Source: an uncultured bacterium (GTDB taxonomy: Bacteria > Actinomycetota > Coriobacteriia > Coriobacteriales > Coriobacteriaceae). From it: DNA of 64,000 nt. The translations under genes and the position numbers were made by a program. The stretch spans positions 3,197 through 67,196 of the forward strand of contig CAJMLY010000008.1 in the NCBI GenBank assembly GCA_905214425.1, in the 5' to 3' direction. Numbering within the stretch: the stretch's first letter is position 1; each line of letters opens with the position of its first letter. Of this stretch, positions 57,948 through 64,000 are shown piece by piece. Below the pieces are notes generated by a model. It ran no database searches. It saw only the letters and a program-made list of their open reading frames with translations, and was not told where the DNA came from.

Positions 57948-58084
57948 CCAACCTGCCAAACAGGGACAGGTTTATTTTGGCAGGTTTTATCTGGGCAAAC
58001 GCTACATCTCTGCCATTTGGTGCAAACGGACCTGTCCCCCTTCGCACCAATTTGGTGCCATGGGAGCAGGTCCGTTTGCACCAA
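57948..58084. repeat. Composite of Family E (copy 2) and Family D (copy 2) nested hairpins in the secA upstream region
   Basis: AACCTGCCAAA (57950-57960) pairs with TTTGGCAGGTT (57977-57987). GGGACAGGT (57963-57971) pairs with ACCTGTCCC (58031-58039). TTGGTGCAAACGGACCTG (58017-58034) pairs with CAGGTCCGTTTGCACCAA (58067-58084), a perfect 18 bp. Confidence 0.85.
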
Positions 58085-58085
58085 T

Positions 58086-58124
58086 AAAAGAAAAGGGCCG
58101 CGCACCCAGATGGATACGCGGCCC
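58086..58124 (-). terminator. Intrinsic terminator downstream of rpmE
   Basis: On the minus strand, GGGCCGCG-tatccatctgggtg-CGCGGCCC is followed by TTTTCTTTTATT. Confidence 0.7.
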
Positions 58125-58161
58125 TTTAGCCATGAATGCGAGTGTTTGCTCGGCGAGCTAT

Positions 58162-58587
58162 TTACTCAGCAGCCTCGGTGGTCTCGGCCTCGGCAGCGGC
58201 TTCCTCGACGGGAGCCTCTGCGGGAGCCTCGGCAGCCTGCTTGGCAGCCTCCTCGGCGAACTTAGCGGCACGCTTAGCCTTCTCGGCAGCCTTAGCCTCA
58301 GCGGCGGCCTTGCGAGCGGCCTCGGCCTCAGCAGCCTTGGCGGCCTTGGCGGCCTTGGCCTCCTCAGCCTTCTTGAGCTGTGCGGCAGCGGCGCCACCGA
58401 ACTTGTCGGCGAAGCGCTGGACGCGTCCACCGGTGTCGACGAACTTCTGCTGGCCGGTGTAGAACGGGTGGCACTCGTTGCAAAGCTCGACCTTCATCTC
58501 GGACACGGTAGCGTGCGTCTTGAAGGTGTTGCCGCAGGAGCACGTCACCGTGCACTCGACATACTGGGGATGGATACCCTGCTTCAT
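58162..58587 (-). CDS. rpmE: 50S ribosomal protein L31 (Zn-binding type A) with a ~70-aa Ala/Lys/Glu-rich C-terminal tail
   Basis: [24 protein letters not shown]...[27 protein letters not shown] is canonical L31. It is followed by [41 protein letters not shown]... Confidence 0.9.
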   Translation of the reverse strand: MKQGIHPQYVECTVTCSCGNTFKTHATVSEMKVELCNECHPFYTGQQKFVDTGGRVQRFADKFGGAAAAQLKKAEEAKAAKAAKAAEAEAARKAAAEAKAAEKAKRAAKFAEEAAKQAAEAPAEAPVEEAAAEAETTEAAE

Positions 58588-58671
58588 GGTAGGACTCCTT
58601 ATTGGTCAGGCGCTGGTTACCGATCAGCGCATAAGGCGTCTTGGTTTCCGACCAAGACAACAAACTCGGCT

Positions 58672-58700
58672 ATGATACCACGGCGCCGCGTGTCCCACAA
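58672..58700 (-). promoter_or_regulatory. Candidate rpmE promoter
   Basis: On the minus strand: TTGTGG (58695-58700), 17 nt, then TATCAT (58672-58677). This leaves a ~80-nt leader with two small hairpins (GTCTTGGTCggaaaCCAAGAC and GCGCTGatcggtaacCAGCGC). Confidence 0.3.
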
Positions 58701-58771
58701 AAGGTTCACGGTCTTTTCGGAACGACACGAATCTGACCCATCGAAACACATCTCCACCGTTCCTTCAACTG

Positions 58772-58813
58772 GGAAAATGCCGTCCCCGGGGCCTGAGAAG
58801 GGCCCCGGGGACG
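58772..58813 (-). terminator. Perfect 13-bp GC hairpin, second terminator-like element after the ABC/secreted-protein operon
   Basis: CGTCCCCGGGGCC-tgagaag-GGCCCCGGGGACG (58781-58813). On the minus strand it is followed by GCATTTTCCC. Confidence 0.45.
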
Positions 58814-58903
58814 TTCGACTGACCGCGGGAACGGCCTTTCCGCTCAATGTGTTCGGCTGAGATCGGAAATCAACCAAACTGAACTAGGTTCAGTTGACAT
58901 GGT

Positions 58904-58940
58904 TAAAAACGAGGGGCGACGCTTTTGCGTCACCCCTCGT
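58904..58940 (-). terminator. Intrinsic terminator immediately downstream of the small secreted-protein gene
   Basis: On the minus strand, ACGAGGGGTGACGC-aaaa-GCGTCGCCCCTCGT is followed by TTTTTAACC. Confidence 0.8.
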
Positions 58941-58954
58941 CCCGGCCGGTTGCT

Positions 58955-59299
58955 TTAGTTGTACACGCGGTAGTTACACTTGAACTGGGTTATGTGTCCA
59001 TAGTTGGAGCGGTACCAACCCGACGTATAGCTGATTGCCTCTGCGCCTAGATAGTCGTAGCCCTTGTTGTAGCGAAGCTGACGGTAGGTCGTGTCGTACT
59101 CTGCTACGTAAAACGTGTCTCCAGAGAAGGCTTTGTACCGGTCCTTAACCGTCGAAGCCATGTACGCGGGTTCGACATCGCCTTTCTCCCCGTTGAGCGC
59201 ATAGACGGGTGCCGCGATTCCGCATAAAGCCGTTGCCACGAGGATGGCGTAGACAGCCATGCGCGACGCATTGGACTTCAGCTGTTCAAATAGTTTCAT
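58955..59299 (-). CDS. Small secreted Tyr-rich protein (Sec signal peptide; candidate bacteriocin-like product)
   Basis: MKLFEQLKSNASRMAVYAILVATALCGIAAPVYA|LNGEK... has the n-h-c regions of a signal peptide with a VYA cleavage site. The mature part is ~82 aa, very Tyr-rich, with one Cys. ATG 59299 lies 6 nt after GAGGTG. The gene is visibly AT-richer than the window. Confidence 0.7.
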   Translation of the reverse strand: MKLFEQLKSNASRMAVYAILVATALCGIAAPVYALNGEKGDVEPAYMASTVKDRYKAFSGDTFYVAEYDTTYRQLRYNKGYDYLGAEAISYTSGWYRSNYGHITQFKCNYRVYN

Positions 59300-59300
59300 G

Positions 59301-61115
59301 TCATTCACCTCGCTCGTATGTATCGAGGTATTCCTGCTTGAGCGTCTGCGAGGACGACTTGATCTTTTCCACGAGCGTGCCGGCCTCGATGAAGTAGAAC
59401 GAGTTGGTGAGGTCTGCCAGGTCGTCGAGCAGATGGCTTGAAATGAGCACGCTTCGTCCCCGCGCCACCTCGCTGCGCATCGCGTCGCAGGAGGTTTTCC
59501 GCTTTCCCGGATCGAGGCCGTTCAGCGGTTCATCGAGGATGAGGTACGGGCAATCGGTCGATATCGCCATGGCAAGCTTTACCTGCTGCTTCATTCCTGT
59601 CGAGAGTTTACGGGTCGGCTTGTCGAGATATGGGGAGATTCCGAGGGAGCTGCAGAGCGAGTCGATGTCGGTGGCCGATTTCCACGCCTCCCTAACGAAA
59701 GCAAGGTGCTCGAGGGCCGATAGCGTGGGATAGAGATCCGCGCCGCCCGAAGAGCTCAGGTAGACGAGTTCTGCAAATTCGGCTGATCGACGTTGGCAGA
59801 TTTCGTCTGCCGCCAGGCTTCCCGAGCGGATGCGGGTGGGAAATTGGCCCGACAGCGCTTCAAGAAGGGTGGTTTTCCCCGAGCCGTTGGGAGCAACGAG
59901 GCCCGCCGCCGTTCCCGGGCTCAGGAAAAGCGACCCGATTGAAAGTATCGTCGTGCTTCCGTATCCCACGCTCGCGTCCAGAAGCTCGAGCCCATGGTGC
60001 TTTTTCGCGGGTCCAGGCTGTTTGGGCGAACGTGTCGCAACGGCGCCGACCGCAAAAAAGACCGCGGCGTATGCCAGGGCCACGGCAAGCATCGATGCGC
60101 TGCCTGAACCGGAGCCAATGAATTCTGTCGGGAAGCATCCTACGTAACCCGTTGCCTCGATAGGCGAGAATACGGGCAGTGGCAGGAGCCCGAGCACGGC
60201 ATTATGCCCTAGTGCCGAATCGGACAGTAACGGGAATGCCGGGGCCGCGACAAGCAGCGCGGAGGCAAGGGGGCCCGCGAGGACGCGCCTCGTTGCGGTC
60301 GATAGGACGGCGGAGCAAACGGATATCAAGGTTCCGCCCGCAAGCAGCGCGAGAAGCAGGGCTGTGAAGACGTTTCCCGCGGTCGTGGTGGCAAGCGCGC
60401 CGTCATGGAAGAAGGCGATCGGGTACCCAATTTGCCCGAAGCCGTTTAGGACCAAGGCGTAAATGCCCCCGGGTGCGAGGCCGGCGAGGAGCATCGCGGT
60501 CCCCGCGACGATTATCGAAAACACGATCTGAATAAGGCGCCGGAATTTGGGCACGGGCGCCTTTGCCGCCAGGGTCCCGGGCCTTGTGGCGCCGAGCACG
60601 AGTATCGACGAGAGAAGGAAGGGGATGAAGGGAAGGAAAGACGGCGCCGTGGCAATGGCGTAAGGCAGGAAGGAAAGGAATGGCAGGTCGTTTGCGGAGG
60701 CCGGGATATCCGTGATGCCGGAGCTGCTCAGGGCACGGCAATATGCGAGCGCCGCGTCATTGGTCTCTCGGTCTCCCACGATGGACCCGGATTGGAAGCC
60801 TTCGCCCATGAGCGCGTAGTAGCTCTCGGCAGAATCGAGAAAGGCGGCGTCGGTTTGAGCGGCAAGGGCGGCGTTCGCGTATCTTGCAAGCTCCGCGTCA
60901 TTTTGCTGCTCTGGAGATAGGTCTGTGCCGCTGGCCTGGGGCGCGCGCGTATTGAATGCGTCGACAAAGCCCTGCATGCCCTGTTTCATAAAGAAGGGCC
61001 CGTAGATGGGTGAATTGAACGCAATGGGGACGGAAAAGGCTGCAGCGAGAACGAGCGTACAAATCCATACGGCCCTGTCTCTTAGGATTAGTTTGAGAAG
61101 AAGTCGACAGTACAT
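59301..61115 (-). CDS. Fused ABC transporter: N-terminal multi-TM permease domain + C-terminal ATPase
   Basis: About 370 aa of membrane domain carries a ~110-aa soluble insert. It is followed by GLVAPNGSGKTTLLEALSG (Walker A), LSTGMKQQVKLAMA (signature) and LILDEPLNGLD (Walker B). Confidence 0.85.
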   Translation of the reverse strand: MYCRLLLKLILRDRAVWICTLVLAAAFSVPIAFNSPIYGPFFMKQGMQGFVDAFNTRAPQASGTDLSPEQQNDAELARYANAALAAQTDAAFLDSAESYYALMGEGFQSGSIVGDRETNDAALAYCRALSSSGITDIPASANDLPFLSFLPYAIATAPSFLPFIPFLLSSILVLGATRPGTLAAKAPVPKFRRLIQIVFSIIVAGTAMLLAGLAPGGIYALVLNGFGQIGYPIAFFHDGALATTTAGNVFTALLLALLAGGTLISVCSAVLSTATRRVLAGPLASALLVAAPAFPLLSDSALGHNAVLGLLPLPVFSPIEATGYVGCFPTEFIGSGSGSASMLAVALAYAAVFFAVGAVATRSPKQPGPAKKHHGLELLDASVGYGSTTILSIGSLFLSPGTAAGLVAPNGSGKTTLLEALSGQFPTRIRSGSLAADEICQRRSAEFAELVYLSSSGGADLYPTLSALEHLAFVREAWKSATDIDSLCSSLGISPYLDKPTRKLSTGMKQQVKLAMAISTDCPYLILDEPLNGLDPGKRKTSCDAMRSEVARGRSVLISSHLLDDLADLTNSFYFIEAGTLVEKIKSSSQTLKQEYLDTYERGE

Positions 61116-61268
61116 TTAGAAGCACCTACGTTCCTCAAAGAATTGTTAGATTAAAAGTAACAGACCGGATGAAGATGCGTGCGACGGGGGCGAGGCGAAT
61201 GGCTGAGCGGTATCGATATGCGGGTTCAACGGTATCACATTGGCCACATAGATTTTTAACTTGCATTT

Positions 61269-62018
61269 CTACCCGCCCTTTTCGTAGAGTCGCCGATACG
61301 TGCTTAGCGCACCCTCGGCGCGTCCGGCAGGCTTTGCGAAATGGGATCCAGGAGACTTCGGCGCAGCATCATCTTGCGGAATGCTTCTAATGAGCCTCCC
61401 ATCCTTCAAAAACAGAATCTCATCGCACAGCCTATCGACCGAATCCAAGATGTGGGATGACATGATGATGCACGTACCAGAATCGGCCAGCTTCCTGAGA
61501 ATCTCGGAATGCAAGTCCACCCTGCTGGGGTCGAGCGCGTTCATGGGCTCATCTAATAGAAGGTACCGCGCGCCCGTCGCATACGCAATCGCCAGGGTAA
61601 GCTGCTGCTTCATGCCCTGGCTCAGAGTGCGGATCCTCATCTTCGCGAACTCGCCTATCTGCGTTTGTTCCACTATCTCTTCGATATCGCGAGCATGCGG
61701 CCACATATCGCAAACCATCTTGAGGTGATCTTCCGCACGCAATCCGGGATACAGCAGCGTCCCCTCACCAGGTGCATAGAAGGTCATAGAACGGACCTCT
61801 CTCGCACCCGTACCCTGCACCTCATCCAGAACGATGCTCCCGTCCACGCGAGGACCCGGCAAACCTGCCATCGCACGCAGCAACGTCGTCTTTCCATGCC
61901 CGTTCGGAGCGACGAGACCGTAGACCGTACCCGGGGCAAACTCAGCGTTCACCGAATCTACGATCACCTTCTTTCCATAAGAGATCGTCAGCGTTTGAAG
62001 GTCAATCATCGAGATCAT
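61269..62018 (-). CDS. ABC transporter ATP-binding protein (ABC-2 / bacteriocin-immunity-like type)
   Basis: GLVAPNGHGKTTLLRAMAG, LSQGMKQQLTLAIAY, LLLDEPMNALD. Overlaps the upstream membrane gene by 4 nt. Confidence 0.9.
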   Translation of the reverse strand: MISMIDLQTLTISYGKKVIVDSVNAEFAPGTVYGLVAPNGHGKTTLLRAMAGLPGPRVDGSIVLDEVQGTGAREVRSMTFYAPGEGTLLYPGLRAEDHLKMVCDMWPHARDIEEIVEQTQIGEFAKMRIRTLSQGMKQQLTLAIAYATGARYLLLDEPMNALDPSRVDLHSEILRKLADSGTCIIMSSHILDSVDRLCDEILFLKDGRLIRSIPQDDAAPKSPGSHFAKPAGRAEGALSTYRRLYEKGG

Positions 62019-63991
62019 CCCCTTTCGATCTTTGGAACACTCAGGCGCACCATCAACGGAGATACGGCGCCCAAGACCACCAGCAGAGCGCCCGATGCGC
62101 CGACGACCTCTCCAAAAGGCATCGCGTTCGTCCCTCGCCCAAGGAACCCAATCGTCCCCACCTGGGAAGCGGGATCAAACGAGGCGAATGGAGCCAGCAG
62201 CGCGACGCCCATGCCCACGCTTTCAACATGAGCGCTCAACGAACCCAACACCAAGAGAACCGCGCAAACCATTCCGGTGACAACGGGGTTGCGGCTAATC
62301 GCTGCTGTCAACGCAACGACGACGGAAATCACGCCGTATGCCATGACCAGCAACGGAATACTGCACAACACCGCCTCCCCCACCATGGACGTTGTCGAAG
62401 CTCCCGCCCGAATGAGAGCGACGGGATACTCCGACCCACCCGCACCGTTCTTAATCACGGACACAACGACAGCGGGAACCATCGACACCAAAAGCAGCAC
62501 CAAGCCAAGCAGGAGAGCCAGCGCAACAGCTGTCAGAAAACGCACATGCGCTGTTGCGGGGATCTGGAGAACCAGAAGGGAACGACACTGCAGGTGGGTG
62601 CACGCGAGCGATGTGACAACCACGGGCAACAGCAAAAATAAGGAGGGAAGCGCTGCCTGGAGATACGAAAGGAGGATTAATGGGGGCATCTTCGTACTTA
62701 ACTCGTAAACCTTGGGGTCCGGCAAGCTCGCGATCGACTCAAGCAGAAGGGCGCGCGCCTCCGCACGAGAAGGAGTCTCCGGCTCGATTCCGATCGATTG
62801 CAGGAGAGTCGCATCTGCCGCGCCCAGCTCACCTCGAGCGCGCTCGTACGTCGCAAGGCTTCGAAACCCCTCCGCAGGCATAGGCGCGTACACGAAACCC
62901 GAAAGAGCATCCCGCATGTCTTCCAGGGCCGCTTTGCCCTCGACGTCCATATTCGCAGCGTTCTGCTCTAGATACCGATCTATTGAACGGAGCTCCCCAT
63001 CCCTATACCGAACAGCGGAAACGTTATCAGCGTCAGGAAACATCTCGACCAGAGCCGGGGCCAGCATCGTCGTCGACATTGCAATCGCGCATACGGCGAG
63101 GGTAGGAGAACGCAGGAGCAGTTTCCCCATCGTTCTTACGTATGCAACGGCGGAGGCACAAGCGCTCGAACGAGTTGCCGTTCTCGATGCAGTGAAGGAA
63201 CCTCTCTCAAGACAAATCGGGGATATCGGGCACGCGCAGCCGCTCTTTCCAGCAACGCAAAGCAGGCTAATTGCCAGCACCTCGATCCCGATTGCGCATA
63301 CGAGGGCAATCGCGCCACGCTCGAAGCAAAGTCCAGGCAGATTCACTATCTGCGTTGTCGGGTACGGGCTATAGGCGCCGACGGTCAACTCAGTGTTCGC
63401 ATACGTAAGGGGATTCAACAGGGCGAACTCACGTAAAGCGATGGATCTTCCGTAATACCCGGGAACCATCGTCACCCCCATCAGGGCACATACGAACACG
63501 ATTCCAAGCGTAGGGTTATTGGCAATCTTCACGGCAAGGTGAACGACAAGCGAGATGAACACTGCCACCAAGAATTGCAAGATGGCTGTCTGCGCGAACA
63601 CCAGCCAAGCCGGTTTGATAACCGGAGTCGCATATTGAATGTAGCCTATCGGATAGAACGGCGAGCCCGGGCCATTCTTCACAAGCGCGGCGATTATCCC
63701 TGGAAGATTGATGGCGAGGACGGCAAGCATTGCAAAAACACTCGCCCATACGCTCGATGCAACAAGTCTACCCAGCTCGCCCATCGGTGCCTGGATGATG
63801 AGCTTTTCACGTTTGTTAAGACGCGCGGCAAGGAACGAGACGGCAACGGCCGTTGCGACCCATAGCAAGTACTCCTTCGATCCGTCATAATAGGTGTACT
63901 CTCCATCCGATATCTGCAGAAACGGAAGTAGGGGAGAGAGCGGTGCCAAGATAAGACGTCCCGCGGCAAGAGGGTACAGAAGCGCGGGCAT
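62015..63991 (-). CDS. Large integral membrane protein (~650 aa, two TM bundles separated by a soluble helical insert); probable permease partner of the 61269 ATPase
   Basis: Many hydrophobic segments, with a central soluble region (MFPDADNVSAVRYRDGELRSIDRYLEQNAANMD...). There is no stop between ATG 63991 and the window edge, so the N-terminus may lie outside the window. Confidence 0.75.
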   Translation of the reverse strand: MPALLYPLAAGRLILAPLSPLLPFLQISDGEYTYYDGSKEYLLWVATAVAVSFLAARLNKREKLIIQAPMGELGRLVASSVWASVFAMLAVLAINLPGIIAALVKNGPGSPFYPIGYIQYATPVIKPAWLVFAQTAILQFLVAVFISLVVHLAVKIANNPTLGIVFVCALMGVTMVPGYYGRSIALREFALLNPLTYANTELTVGAYSPYPTTQIVNLPGLCFERGAIALVCAIGIEVLAISLLCVAGKSGCACPISPICLERGSFTASRTATRSSACASAVAYVRTMGKLLLRSPTLAVCAIAMSTTMLAPALVEMFPDADNVSAVRYRDGELRSIDRYLEQNAANMDVEGKAALEDMRDALSGFVYAPMPAEGFRSLATYERARGELGAADATLLQSIGIEPETPSRAEARALLLESIASLPDPKVYELSTKMPPLILLSYLQAALPSLFLLLPVVVTSLACTHLQCRSLLVLQIPATAHVRFLTAVALALLLGLVLLLVSMVPAVVVSVIKNGAGGSEYPVALIRAGASTTSMVGEAVLCSIPLLVMAYGVISVVVALTAAISRNPVVTGMVCAVLLVLGSLSAHVESVGMGVALLAPFASFDPASQVGTIGFLGRGTNAMPFGEVVGASGALLVVLGAVSPLMVRLSVPKIERG

Positions 63992-64000
63992 GCTTGATGA

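Noticed and set aside
58877-58899. Palindrome AACTGAAC-tag-GTTCAGTT followed by TTGACA as an operator/promoter
   Set aside because: It lies between two minus-strand terminators, with no downstream plus-strand gene to drive. It is a single occurrence with short 8-bp arms.

Overview
High-GC chromosomal window. Gene content suggests an anaerobic Actinomycetota or Coriobacteriia-like organism, but that is inference only. It holds about 55 credible protein genes and 2 tRNAs, and most long ORFs opposite real genes are GC-driven shadow ORFs. Left to right: DEAD-box helicase (partial), FHA protein plus Ser/Thr kinase, copA-copZ-csoR copper operon with a CsoR-type operator, amidohydrolase, a PD-(D/E)xK nuclease-like gene, gltB-gltD, an ASST-family protein, gpmA and mntH. 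Next comes an 11.4-kb same-strand block: sulfonate-type ABC importer, MetY, small sulfite reductase, TusA-like, thioredoxin, ThiS-like carrier ending GGGCC, E1-like ThiF/MoeB, JAMM protease, CbiK, and a FecBCD-type ABC importer. Then follow rubredoxin and flavin reductase, smpB, tRNA-Glu and tRNA-Gln, a MurNAc catabolic cluster (murR-like, murQ, murP, mupG), VanZ, a small serine recombinase, rnr, ftsEX, split transketolase, yitT, prfB, secA and rpmE. The window ends with a visibly AT-richer locus encoding two ABC systems and a small Tyr-rich secreted protein. The most unusual content is non-coding. At least six unrelated hairpin-forming repeat families are present. One is a 57-nt palindromic unit in six intergenic arrays with a rigid 80-nt period (REPIN-like, superficially CRISPR-like). 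There is also a 123-nt element with perfect 28-bp inverted arms. Other points worth a second look: RF2 carries SPT instead of the canonical SPF motif, the thiocarboxylate-type sulfur-carrier operon is coupled to a chelatase and metal ABC importer, the serine recombinase is an orphan, and the terminal locus resembles a bacteriocin/immunity system. No CRISPR array, cas genes, rRNA, transposase or prophage genes were seen.
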